Source: Moritella sp. JT01 (GTDB taxonomy: Bacteria; Pseudomonadota; Gammaproteobacteria; Enterobacterales; Moritellaceae). Taken from it: a stretch of 32,000 nt of DNA. The position numbers were made by a program, and so were the translations under genes. Shown in pieces: positions 1 through 9,070 of the stretch (positions are counted from its first letter, which is position 1; each line of letters opens with the position of its first letter). The stretch spans positions 130,793-162,792 of the forward strand of contig NZ_LOCN01000024.1 of NCBI RefSeq assembly GCF_001574435.1, written 5' to 3'. A model generated the notes under the pieces. It worked only from the letters and a program-made list of their open reading frames with translations. It had not been told where the DNA came from and did not search any database.

Positions 1-1129
1 TTAAACTACCACTGTCTCCATTACTCATCACTATGATGCCTTCACCTTCATTTACGAAAGCGTTAAAGTCATTAGTAAAACCAAGATTTTTACCGTCGTG
101 ACCAAAGATAATTTGGTTGTTAACCTGTCTTATAGATGGACCGAGTCCCCAATCACCTTGATGCTTGATAAAAATAGACTCTACTGTCGATTTCTTTAAT
201 ATCCCATCGGTTTTCCCCGCTATTATTGATTGCATATGCATGACATATAAAGCTAAATCTGATGGTGTAGTCCATAGGCCGGCTGCAGCCTTCTCTGGGT
301 AATCATTATAAATCGCGGGGTACATTTTTCCATTCTGGTCATAAGCTGCACTTGCACGCTGCTTTAACATCATAGGCAATACATGCTTGAATGTACTACT
401 TGTCATCCCCATTGGCTTAAGAATTTGATTATCGGCATATTCTGAAAAAGAAAGCCCTGTAATGTCTTCGACTATTTTTTGGATGACAGTATAGCCACCT
501 CCAGAATATCGCCAATTTTTTCCTGGTAGTTGATTAACTTCAACTTTGTGAGTGTTTCCCTTACCACTAAGAATATCAATTGTACTTGGAAGTTTACTAC
601 CAGTTGCGTACCCTGGAAAACCCGGAACGCTAAGGCCTGCATTATGAGTAAGTAAGTGGCGTAGTGTGACGGGGTTTTCTTTGGTCAGTTGGCTTCCTTC
701 AACGTTCCAACCTTTTAGGTATTGATTGACATCTACATCTAGTTTCAACTTCCCTTGTTCAACCAATTTCAGAGCGGCTAGGGCGGCAATTGGTTTGCTG
801 ATTGATGCTGCTTGGAATAGAGTGTCAGTGTTAACCTTCGATGTTGTATTCGCAATACCATAACCTTTTGCCCAATCGATTTTTCCTTTATGAATTACCG
901 CCACACTAAGGCCTGGTAAATTTGTTTTATTCATACTGTCAATTATAGAGATACTTGCGTCTGGTTCACCAACAATCTTAAAAATGTTTTTTAGATTGTT
1001 TTCAATATTTTTGGGCGCATCGGCGTTAGTTTGAGCTGCGCACGTAAATGTCAGCAAACACACAGAAAGCAGCGAGGTATTGAAAACCGAAGAAAAATAA
1101 CGTTTTTTATTCCTAATGGCGTGTTTGAT
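1..1129 (-). CDS. Secreted serine hydrolase, beta-lactamase/PBP (class C-like) family; C-terminus lies beyond the left window edge
   Basis: Absent from the ORF track because it has no stop in the window. My minus-strand translation reads IKHAIRNKKRYFSSVFNTSLLSVCLLTFTCAAQTNA (signal-peptide-like). It continues GLSVAVIHKGKIDWAKGYG and FQAASISKPIAALAALKLVEQGKL (SxxK nucleophile motif), then YSGGGY and HDGKNLGF. The frame stays open to position 2. The start codon is uncertain: ATC at 1129, ATT at 1117 or GTG at 1063 (see finding). Confidence 0.8.
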   Translation of the reverse strand, partial: MKHAIRNKKRYFSSVFNTSLLSVCLLTFTCAAQTNADAPKNIENNLKNIFKIVGEPDASISIIDSMNKTNLPGLSVAVIHKGKIDWAKGYGIANTTSKVNTDTLFQAASISKPIAALAALKLVEQGKLKLDVDVNQYLKGWNVEGSQLTKENPVTLRHLLTHNAGLSVPGFPGYATGSKLPSTIDILSGKGNTHKVEVNQLPGKNWRYSGGGYTVIQKIVEDITGLSFSEYADNQILKPMGMTSSTFKHVLPMMLKQRASAAYDQNGKMYPAIYNDYPEKAAAGLWTTPSDLALYVMHMQSIIAGKTDGILKKSTVESIFIKHQGDWGLGPSIRQVNNQIIFGHDGKNLGFTNDFNAFVNEGEGIIVMSNGDSGSL

Positions 1130-1323
1130 TTATAACTCCTTAACAAGCAAGAACAGATGAAAATAATGCTCTTTTTAATGATGAAGTGAAATTTTTCACT
1201 TGTATTACTTTAACTTGTTTAGACGATGTTTTTCAACCTTTTTTCATACCTCTAGCCGATTGTTGATTAGACCTAAAGTTCATACCATTGATGTGTTAAT
1301 TTGATGAATTAAAAGGATTTTAC

Positions 1324-3921
1324 ATGTCAACGATGTCGTTAAAACACCTAGTGGATAAATTAAACCAAAGCGGGAAAAAGGCACTAGAAGGTGCTGCGGG
1401 ACTTTGTCATTCACGCAGTCAATTTACGGTTGAGATAGAACACTGGCTATTACAGCTGGTCGAAAACAAACAAGATGATATAGGGATAATCTGTCAGCTG
1501 CAGGGCATCGATGTACAAGTGCTTATCAATGAACTTAATTTATCATTAGAACGACAAAAAACCGGGAATAGCGCAGCGCCAAGCCTCTCTCCGCATATCA
1601 TTACCTTGTTAAGACAAGCTTGGTTAAATGCGACCATTGAGTTTGACGAACAGCAGATCCGTTCCGGTATTATTCTTTATACACTGCTTAGTGACGACAG
1701 TATTAATGCGATGTTGTCTCGTCATGTTCGCCAATTTGAACGATTATCAGCAGCCTTAATTCGTGATAATTGGTCTATCATCACCGAAAAATCGACAGAG
1801 CAAAACAGCCTTGTTGGTGTGTCTAATGCGGGCGTAGCAACAAACAGTAAAACACCGTCGTTAGACCAATTTACGGTTGATTTAACGCAAAAAGCCCGTA
1901 GCGGCAAGATGGACCCTATTTTAGGGCGTGACCCAGAAATAAGACAAATGGTCGATATTCTAACGCGTCGCCGTCAAAACAACCCAATATTAACCGGTGA
2001 TGCCGGTGTGGGTAAAACCGCGGTTGTTGAAGGGCTTGCGCAACGTATCGCAGCGAAAGATGTCCCAGAAAGTCTGCAGCATGTTCAATTACGTGAACTT
2101 GATCTTGCGCTTTTGCAAGCGGGTGCAGGGATGAAAGGTGAGTTTGAAAACCGCCTTAAAGCGGTATTAAATGAAGTAAAACAATCTGCAAACCCGATCA
2201 TCTTATTCATTGATGAAGCACATACCATGATTGGTGCTGGTGGCGCGGCAGGTCAAAATGACGCAGCAAATATCCTCAAACCTGCGCTAGCTCGTGGTGA
2301 GTTACGTACTATCGCTGCAACAACTTGGGCTGAATACAAAAAGTATTTCGAAAAAGATCCTGCATTAACGCGTCGTTTCCAAGTTGTTAAGATCGAAGAG
2401 CCTTCTGTTCCAACAGCTGTCACTATGTTACGTGGTCTTTTACCTGTCATGGAACAACATCATGATGTTGTTATTACTGCCGACGCCCTCCAAGCTGCCG
2501 TGACCTTATCTAAACGTTATATAAACGGCCGTCAATTACCGGACAAAGCAGTGGCCTTATTGGATACCGCTTGTGCTCGCGTTGCAATTAGCCAAGCGGC
2601 AACTCCGGGTTTAGTTGAAGATTTACAACGTCAGCAAGCGCAGCTTGAAGCTGAAATTAAACTGCTTGAGCGTGAACAGTTATCTGGCGATGATCACAGT
2701 GACACAATTAGCATGTTACAAACGAACCTTACTGGTATAAAAGATAATTTAGCGATTGAGAAACAGGCTTGGCAAGCGCAATCAGAATTAGTAAAAGCTA
2801 TTCAACAACAAATTGCAGATATTCATGAAAATGGCGCAGAAGAAGAAAAATATACTCGACTTAAAGCGTTAAAAGCACAATTACACCAAGCTAAAAATAC
2901 CATGGTCTACTGGCAGGTTGATGAACAAGTCATTTGTGAAGTCATTTCTGACTGGACAGGTATCCCATTAGGTAAAATGGCACAAGATGAACTGGAAACC
3001 GTGCTCAACCTAAGCGATGAGATGAAGTCACGTGTTATCGGTCAAGACCATGCGATTGATATGATTGCTAAAACAGTGCAAATCTCGCGTGCGCAACTCA
3101 GTGATGAAAGTAAACCCAATGGTATTTTCATGTTAACGGGTCCAAGTGGTGTCGGTAAAACTGAAACCGCGCTCACACTTGCCGAGCAGGTTTATGGCAG
3201 TGAAGAGAATATTATCACGATTAATATGTCTGAATATAAAGAAGAGCATAAAGTATCACTGCTTCTTGGTTCACCTCCCGGCTATGTCGGTTTTGGTGAG
3301 GGCGGCGTATTAACCGAAGCTGTTCGCCGTAATCCTTACAGTGTGGTGTTACTCGATGAAATGGATAAAGCAGCACCTGGCGTGCAAGATATTTTTTATC
3401 AAATCTTTGATAAAGGCTGTGTTAAGGATGGTGAAGGGCGAGATATAGATTTTAAAAATACCATCATTATCATGACATCCAATGTAGGTACTGACACGAT
3501 AACAAGCTTGTTTGCCGATCCAGACACTGCCCCTGAATTAGAGAGCTTGGCTGATTGTATTAAAGCAGATCTAACTGCGGTATTTAAACCCGCGTTCTTG
3601 GGACGTGCAAACATAATTCCGTTTGTGCCGTTAACGGATGACATGTTAAGTACGATTGCTCAATTACAAATAAATCGTTTGGCTGCGCGAATTCGTCGTA
3701 ATCACAATGCTGATTTTACAGTTGATAATGAAGTAATTACTCAAATTGTCAGTCGTTGTCATGACGTGGCATCAGGTGCCCGTACAATCCATAACTATCT
3801 ACAAAATACCTTGTTACCCGAAATATCAGTACAAGTATTGGAAGCAATGACTAAACAGGTTGAATTTAGTCAAATAAACGTTATTACGAATGAAGAAAAA
3901 TTCATTATCACGCTCATTTAG
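1324..3921 (+). CDS. clpV: Type VI secretion ATPase ClpV (TssH), Clp/Hsp100 AAA+ family
   Basis: 865 aa. The N-domain is ClpV-like ([22 protein letters not shown]) rather than ClpB-like. There are two Walker A motifs ([10 protein letters not shown] and GPSGVGKTE) and a coiled-coil middle region. AAGGA SD before the ATG. hcp, vgrG and PAAR follow directly. Confidence 0.92.
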   Translation: MSTMSLKHLVDKLNQSGKKALEGAAGLCHSRSQFTVEIEHWLLQLVENKQDDIGIICQLQGIDVQVLINELNLSLERQKTGNSAAPSLSPHIITLLRQAWLNATIEFDEQQIRSGIILYTLLSDDSINAMLSRHVRQFERLSAALIRDNWSIITEKSTEQNSLVGVSNAGVATNSKTPSLDQFTVDLTQKARSGKMDPILGRDPEIRQMVDILTRRRQNNPILTGDAGVGKTAVVEGLAQRIAAKDVPESLQHVQLRELDLALLQAGAGMKGEFENRLKAVLNEVKQSANPIILFIDEAHTMIGAGGAAGQNDAANILKPALARGELRTIAATTWAEYKKYFEKDPALTRRFQVVKIEEPSVPTAVTMLRGLLPVMEQHHDVVITADALQAAVTLSKRYINGRQLPDKAVALLDTACARVAISQAATPGLVEDLQRQQAQLEAEIKLLEREQLSGDDHSDTISMLQTNLTGIKDNLAIEKQAWQAQSELVKAIQQQIADIHENGAEEEKYTRLKALKAQLHQAKNTMVYWQVDEQVICEVISDWTGIPLGKMAQDELETVLNLSDEMKSRVIGQDHAIDMIAKTVQISRAQLSDESKPNGIFMLTGPSGVGKTETALTLAEQVYGSEENIITINMSEYKEEHKVSLLLGSPPGYVGFGEGGVLTEAVRRNPYSVVLLDEMDKAAPGVQDIFYQIFDKGCVKDGEGRDIDFKNTIIIMTSNVGTDTITSLFADPDTAPELESLADCIKADLTAVFKPAFLGRANIIPFVPLTDDMLSTIAQLQINRLAARIRRNHNADFTVDNEVITQIVSRCHDVASGARTIHNYLQNTLLPEISVQVLEAMTKQVEFSQINVITNEEKFIITLI

Positions 3922-4156
3922 AACGAAAAGTATGAGATAGAAAACCATTCTTTTTATAGGGTGAAAGCATACTTGGAAAACTTGTATTACAGAGTGGTAA
4001 TTTAGATAATGTAATCAGCTGTTGAAGCGCAGATTTGTTTATTTATTATAGTGTTAAGTAAACTAACTGGTAATTTGAAATATATTTTAGAGATGGTTTT
4101 ATTGATAAAACTATTGTAATGAAAAGCTTATTTAAGCAATTTAAAAGGATGATAAA

Positions 4157-4636
4157 ATGCAAGCAAATACGTATTTAAATTATGAAGGGATTGCTGGTGA
4201 ATCTACTGCTAAAGAATTCCCAGATTTAATCACAGTATTATCGTTAGACTTCGGTACAACTCGTGTATTAAGTTCTTATACTGGTACTGCGCAAGATCGT
4301 GAAGCAAGTTCTGCAAAGCTTAATGATGTAACGATTACAAAATTACAGGATAAAGCGTCACCTGAGCTATTTAAAGAATCGACAATTGGTAAAGGTAAAA
4401 GTGCAATCTTCCACATTACTAAGCAGGGTAAAGGCATCGAAGAGATCATGAAAATTGAACTTACAGATGCAATGATCAGCGGCTACCAAGTTTCTGTTCA
4501 AGGTGACCGTCCTTTAGAAACGATTACAATTAGTTATACAGAAATGATGATGACTGTAACGCCGACTGATGATCAGAACAATGTACAAGCACCACTTGTA
4601 TATGGTTACAGCGGTGTAACTGGCCAACAAATGTAA
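4157..4636 (+). CDS. hcp: Type VI secretion tube protein Hcp (TssD)
   Basis: 159 aa. The N-terminus YLNYEGIAGESTAKEFPDLITVLSLDFG matches the Hcp pattern (IKGES...I.V.S...G). Size and position between clpV and vgrG fit. AAGGA SD. Confidence 0.9.
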   Translation: MQANTYLNYEGIAGESTAKEFPDLITVLSLDFGTTRVLSSYTGTAQDREASSAKLNDVTITKLQDKASPELFKESTIGKGKSAIFHITKQGKGIEEIMKIELTDAMISGYQVSVQGDRPLETITISYTEMMMTVTPTDDQNNVQAPLVYGYSGVTGQQM

Positions 4637-4649
4637 GTTTGCTGGTTTC

Positions 4650-4682
4650 ACAGTTGGGTGACTTAAACAGTTGCCCAACTGT
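4650..4682 (+). promoter_or_regulatory. Intercistronic stem-loop between hcp and vgrG (possible partial terminator or RNA-stability element)
   Basis: ACAGTTGGG (4650-4658) is perfectly complementary to CCCAACTGT (4674-4682), with a 15-nt loop, followed by TTCGTT. It lies 14 nt after the hcp stop. Confidence 0.3.
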
Positions 4683-4712
4683 TTCGTTACACTTGTTCAG
4701 TTAGGAAATAAA

Positions 4713-6614
4713 ATGGCAGCGGCTACTCAACAACATTCAATGATGAAAATCACCACACCATTGGGTGGTGACGCCTTACATATTACGGCCGTATCAATGC
4801 AAGAAAGCATATCTGCTTTGTACGAAATTAATGCCTCGGTGTATACCACAAATAGTGAGCTGGATTACCAAGCGCTACTGGGTCAATCGGTAACCATTGA
4901 ACTTGCTGTTAAAGATTCTTCTGGCAACTACACAAGAAATTTTAATGGTCTTGTAACAAGTATCAGTTCTCAGGGGCAATCTTATGAAGCACTGAATAAT
5001 ACCAGTAAATATTACCGTTATACCTTAATTATTTCACCGCAGCTTTGGTTAGCAACTATGCGAAGTAATTGCCGTATCTTTCAAGACCTCTCCGTTATCG
5101 ATATTGCGTCATTAATATTTCCTGAGCATAATATTCAGTTTGTTAACAATGCAGGTACTACATTTAAGCCCTATGAATACTGCGTTCAGTATCATGAAAC
5201 TGATTATCAACTTTTGACTCGATTATTTGCTCAGGAAGGTATATATTTTTACTTTAAGCAAAGCAGTGGGTCTAATTCCGTTATATTAGCAAATTCAACG
5301 ACTTCACATGTGAACTGTGCCGAAAGTCCTTTGCTACAATCAGATGAAATTATTTCTCATGCTTACGTCTCCACTTGGTCGTCATTGGCCGCAGTTAAAC
5401 CCGGTAAGGTGAGCTTAAGAGCTATTAACTTTGAACAGCCCTTAATGAATATTGACGGTAGTTCAGTTAATGCTGAGTTTACAGGGCAAGATAATTTAGA
5501 ACATTTTGAATATGTTTCTGGGCATAAAAATTTAGCCGCATCAAATTCATTTTCAGCAACACACTTAGAACAATTACAATCAAACAAAGCTATTTTTAAA
5601 GCCAACTCAAATTATGTGACGATTGAAAGTGGTAAGGTGATTGCTTTTTCTAAGCACGCAACACAAAGCCTTGTGGGGCCTGAATTCCTTATTACACGCA
5701 ACCATTTTATGGCGAGTCAAGGCTCGCAGCTTGATGTTAATTCAAAAAATGGTATGGAGATCAATTCTAATTTTTGTTGTGTTGAAAATACGCCAAACTA
5801 TCAGCCGATTATAAATATAAATAAACCAATCATTCGTGGTGTGCAAACGGCCATTGTAACGGGGGCTGCGTCGGACGAGATATATGTTGATTCTTACGGA
5901 CGCATTAAAGTTAAATTTTATTGGGATAGGCTAGGTACATCAGACGAGAACAGCTCTTGTTGGATCCGAGTTTCTCAAAATTGGGCGGGTAAAAACTGGG
6001 GCGCATTCTTTTATCCCCGTGTAGGGCAAGAGGTATTAGTATCATTCTTAGATGGTGATGCTTCACAGCCTATTGTTATTGGTGCTATTTATAATGGCGA
6101 TCAAATGCCCGTGAATCCTTTACCGGCCAACAAAACTCAAAGTGGTATTCGGACTCACTCAACAACAACTAACGGTAATGCAAACTGTAACGAACTGATT
6201 TTCGAAGACAAAATCGGCAGTGAATTGTTAGGCTTGCGTGCCGAGAAGGATCATCAATTAGTTGTCGTTAATAATCAGACCGACACTGTAGGTAATGACC
6301 GAACAACAACGGTCACCAATAATGACACATTGACAGTGACCAATGATCAAACGCAAACCGTCAATAACGACCGTAATAGTCAGATCGCTAATAACGATAC
6401 GCTCGATGTTGGCAATATACTTAAACTTAAGGCTGCAACGGAGATTAAGCTTGAAGTGGGTGCGGCTAGCTTATTAATGAAAAGTGACGGAACGATAAAG
6501 CTTTCTGGCGTTAATATCGAAATATCAGGGACAAATGTCAAAGTTAAAGGCACTGCAACTAATATCGAAGGGGCAATGGTTGTCGTGAAAGGCTCTGTCG
6601 TTAAAATTAATTAA
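4713..6614 (+). CDS. vgrG: Type VI secretion spike protein VgrG (TssI), no C-terminal effector extension
   Basis: The track ORF opens at a TTG (4671). I prefer the ATG at 4713, which has an AGGAAA SD 4 nt upstream, giving 633 aa. gp27/gp5-like core: RGVQTAIVTG, YVDSYGRIKVKFYWDR, SCWIRVSQNWAGKNWGAFFYPRVGQEVLVSFLDGDASQPIVIGAIYNG. The C-terminus is a beta-helix repeat region (TVGNDRTTTVTNNDTLTVTNDQTQTV...). Confidence 0.9.
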   Translation: MAAATQQHSMMKITTPLGGDALHITAVSMQESISALYEINASVYTTNSELDYQALLGQSVTIELAVKDSSGNYTRNFNGLVTSISSQGQSYEALNNTSKYYRYTLIISPQLWLATMRSNCRIFQDLSVIDIASLIFPEHNIQFVNNAGTTFKPYEYCVQYHETDYQLLTRLFAQEGIYFYFKQSSGSNSVILANSTTSHVNCAESPLLQSDEIISHAYVSTWSSLAAVKPGKVSLRAINFEQPLMNIDGSSVNAEFTGQDNLEHFEYVSGHKNLAASNSFSATHLEQLQSNKAIFKANSNYVTIESGKVIAFSKHATQSLVGPEFLITRNHFMASQGSQLDVNSKNGMEINSNFCCVENTPNYQPIININKPIIRGVQTAIVTGAASDEIYVDSYGRIKVKFYWDRLGTSDENSSCWIRVSQNWAGKNWGAFFYPRVGQEVLVSFLDGDASQPIVIGAIYNGDQMPVNPLPANKTQSGIRTHSTTTNGNANCNELIFEDKIGSELLGLRAEKDHQLVVVNNQTDTVGNDRTTTVTNNDTLTVTNDQTQTVNNDRNSQIANNDTLDVGNILKLKAATEIKLEVGAASLLMKSDGTIKLSGVNIEISGTNVKVKGTATNIEGAMVVVKGSVVKIN

Positions 6615-6650
6615 ACTTATTTTATTATCTGGTTTTAGAAAAGGATTTTT

Positions 6651-6938
6651 ATGGGAATGCCAGCTGCAACAATGACGAGTTTTCATGTATGCCCTGCGTC
6701 AACTAGTCGTGTGCCTCATATCGGCGGTCCTGTGATCGTCGGTTCGCCTACTGTGCTGATTGGAGGGCTCCCTGCGGCAAGGTTGGGTGATAAAATGGTA
6801 TGTTGTGGACCACCAGACACGATTGTGAAGGGATCTGCGACGGTACTCATTAATGGTAAACCTGCTGCTCGAATGGGGGATGCCGCTGCACATGGTGGAA
6901 AAATTGTTGCAGGTGTACCAACCGTGTTAATAGGTTAG
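6651..6938 (+). CDS. PAAR-domain spike-tip protein (stand-alone, no toxin domain)
   Basis: 95 aa. Repeated PAAR-type motifs: GLPAARLGD, GKPAARMGD, and the PTVLIGG/PTVLIG ends. Sits immediately after vgrG with an AAGGA SD. Confidence 0.9.
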   Translation: MGMPAATMTSFHVCPASTSRVPHIGGPVIVGSPTVLIGGLPAARLGDKMVCCGPPDTIVKGSATVLINGKPAARMGDAAAHGGKIVAGVPTVLIG

Positions 6939-6946
6939 GGATTGAT

Positions 6947-8095
6947 ATGGATGTACAGTCTCTACTTTCGCTGATTGGCCAGGTTGAAACCTACTTTCAA
7001 CAGCGTGAACGTTGCTTTGACAATTGCTGGTCAACGCATTTACAACTCAAGCAACTTGACCAGCAAGCCGCAGGTTGGTTTTATTTATTAACGCAACAAC
7101 GTGATGCATTACCAACTTTAGATATAGATAAACCCACTTGGCTTGATTTATTATTAGCACAAACTGTCACCGAGTTAGTGGAACTCGTCAAACATCGCAC
7201 TGCGATTAATGGTAGCGATAAGGTTTGTCTGCAATGGTGGTCTCAACGTCATAATGGTGCTGCGTTAATTGCTGCGCTTATTACACTGGAAGCCACAGCA
7301 AAGCAATCATCAACACCGCAGAGTTTGTTAACACAAGAATTGTTATGTGTTATAGCCACTGCAACACCTGTCATTAGCGATCAATTCAATTTTCTTCATG
7401 TCGATAATATTAAGCCCTGTATTCATTTTATTAACCAACATTTGGGCAAAGCATCGCATATCTGGTCTAGTCACTTTTTAGACGCAGAAACGACAGAACC
7501 AAACAGTAAAAAGTTATTAGCCTTGAGCTTATGTCGAGGTACGTTTCCTGTGAACTTGCCTGTATTAAGCAGCGTGTTATTAGCAGACAAATCTTTATTG
7601 AAACAATATGTTGTTCAAGCCGATAGCCGTTTGGTGGGTGTGGTAATCAATGAATTGTCTGCCCATAACGACAATGCCAAATTTGTATTATCACTCATGG
7701 CATTTAGCGGATATAAGCAATTCATTCCTTGGTTGATCCAAATGTTAACCGCTGGTTTTTTAAGTCACGCTGCTTTTGCTGCTTTGCATACCTTGTTAGG
7801 GGCTGACTTTGAGGCGCAACTACCTGCTAAATTATATGGCGAGTACGAACCTGAATCTAAAGTAGACTTGCTGGTGGCGTTGAAACAGTCATTGAGTGAT
7901 TGGTGGATATTACACCGCGATGAATTCCCAGAGCGTATATTGGCGGGTAAACCAATTAATGAATCAAATATAGACTTTATCTGGCAGCAAGGAAACATTT
8001 CGCAATGCGAGGTTGCTGCTTATCACTATTGGTGCATGAAGGCTGAACATCGTTTAACGGATGCGCGTGGGTTTAATATCGGAGGTATGCTATGA
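6947..8095 (+). CDS. T6SS-associated hypothetical protein, predicted all-helical (HEAT/ARM-like repeat; possibly TIGR02270-like)
   Basis: 382 aa with no signal peptide or TM segment. Leu/Ala-rich helical composition with HEAT-like stretches (SHAAFAALHTLLGADF). It starts 8 nt after the PAAR stop and overlaps the next gene by 4 nt (ATGA). The family assignment is from memory of similar PAAR-adjacent genes and is unverified. Confidence 0.55.
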   Translation: MDVQSLLSLIGQVETYFQQRERCFDNCWSTHLQLKQLDQQAAGWFYLLTQQRDALPTLDIDKPTWLDLLLAQTVTELVELVKHRTAINGSDKVCLQWWSQRHNGAALIAALITLEATAKQSSTPQSLLTQELLCVIATATPVISDQFNFLHVDNIKPCIHFINQHLGKASHIWSSHFLDAETTEPNSKKLLALSLCRGTFPVNLPVLSSVLLADKSLLKQYVVQADSRLVGVVINELSAHNDNAKFVLSLMAFSGYKQFIPWLIQMLTAGFLSHAAFAALHTLLGADFEAQLPAKLYGEYEPESKVDLLVALKQSLSDWWILHRDEFPERILAGKPINESNIDFIWQQGNISQCEVAAYHYWCMKAEHRLTDARGFNIGGML

Positions 8096-9045
8096 AATTT
8101 ACGGTAGTCGATTATGCCGGTGAGTTTGGTTGTCATCCTAATTCAATCGATTCTGTTTTGACTGGGCTAACACCGGATATAGCCTTAACAGAGCTTGCTG
8201 CATACGCGCAATTTAAGCCCGTTAAACAAGTCGCGTTTACTCAATCAGAATTGGCTGATAACCGTATTGACCGATGGCAAATATTGATTAACGCTGCGTT
8301 AGCAAACTCGAATTTAATTGAATTAAGTCAAGATGCCCCGGTATTGATGGTGCTGCCTTATGTCGATGCTAAATTTAGCCAGATGCAGAATCACTTGATT
8401 GATTCTGTGATTGATATTTTACCTGCGTGGACAAGGCACCCTAATAGTCATTATTACTTGCTGGGAAGTGCGGGGTTTTATCAGGCATTGCGCCAAGCGG
8501 ACGTATTACTCAGTGCAGGTATGGAACAGGTGGTGATTGGTGCAGTAGACAGTTGGGCGACAGAGCAAGGCTTGTTAAAGTTTATTAGCAAGTTCAGTGA
8601 TTATGGCTCTGTTGTATTACCTGCTTCAGAAGGGGCTGTCTTTATTGTGTTGTCTCGGCTGTCACAGGGTATAGAGGTGTTAGGTTGTGGTATGGATGTG
8701 GTGATTGATCGACATGCTCCAAGTGGCCTAATTGCAATTATTGCGGATCTTGTCGCTAAACAAACTCAACCTGTACAGTATTTGTCGCTGTGTCATTCCG
8801 GAGATGAAAGCTTAGATCAAGTCGGGCACAATACACTCTGTGCTATTTCAGGGCTTTACGATGCCAATACTCAGTTTTTAACGCCACAAATTACGCAAGG
8901 CGATATTGGCGCTTGCTATAGCTTATTACATTTTTTACTCAGTTATCATCATTATAAACAGCATATCTGGCAGGGAACTAGCCTACAAATTGATACGTCG
9001 TCGTTGCCTTATGTTGGCGCTGCGATTTATCGCTGGTGTGACTGA
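8092..9045 (+). CDS. T6SS-associated thiolase-fold / beta-ketoacyl-synthase-like protein with a degenerate active site
   Basis: 317 aa. By-eye alignment to the KAS pattern. LLGSAGFYQALRQADVLLSAGMEQVVIGAVDS resembles ..ACASG..Ai..A...I..G.advvlaGG.eS, with Ser at the nucleophile Cys position. ASEGAVFIVLSRL resembles GEGAgvlvLe.l. QGDIGACYSLL resembles GH.lGAAG, with Asp at the His position. Translationally coupled to the upstream gene. Confidence 0.5.
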   Translation: MKFTVVDYAGEFGCHPNSIDSVLTGLTPDIALTELAAYAQFKPVKQVAFTQSELADNRIDRWQILINAALANSNLIELSQDAPVLMVLPYVDAKFSQMQNHLIDSVIDILPAWTRHPNSHYYLLGSAGFYQALRQADVLLSAGMEQVVIGAVDSWATEQGLLKFISKFSDYGSVVLPASEGAVFIVLSRLSQGIEVLGCGMDVVIDRHAPSGLIAIIADLVAKQTQPVQYLSLCHSGDESLDQVGHNTLCAISGLYDANTQFLTPQITQGDIGACYSLLHFLLSYHHYKQHIWQGTSLQIDTSSLPYVGAAIYRWCD

Positions 9046-9070
9046 GTATTTATCGCTGGTGTAACAGATT
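9025..9070 (+). repeat. Imperfect 23-bp tandem duplication spanning the stop codon of the 8092..9045 gene
   Basis: Copy 1 is ATTTATCGCTGGTGTGACTGAGT (9025-9047). Copy 2 is ATTTATCGCTGGTGTAACAGATT (9048-9070). They are identical at 20 of 23 positions. Confidence 0.85.

Noticed and set aside
1722-3644. Three short minus-strand ORFs (61, 65 and 81 aa) inside clpV
   Set aside because: They lie entirely antisense within a strongly supported conserved CDS. Their composition is low-complexity or odd and they have no SD. These are typical shadow ORFs.
3973-3986. Possible sigma-54 promoter (TGG...TTG) upstream of hcp
   Set aside because: The spacing between the GG and the would-be -12 element is too short, and the GC dinucleotide is missing.
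4671-4712. TTG start for vgrG at 4671; likewise ATG 12238 for the helicase, ATG 21522 for the MFS gene and GTG 25789 for infC
   Set aside because: The choice of start is set by SD placement (ATG 4713, ATG 21477) or by N-terminal conservation (helicase Q motif; IF3 MKGGK-type N-terminus). The long 5' extensions in the ORF track, and its truncated infC, are therefore unlikely.
5363-8000. Short antisense ORFs inside vgrG (5363..5605), PAAR (6699..6893) and the 382-aa gene (7765..7998)
   Set aside because: Shadow ORFs opposite well-supported genes, with no independent evidence.
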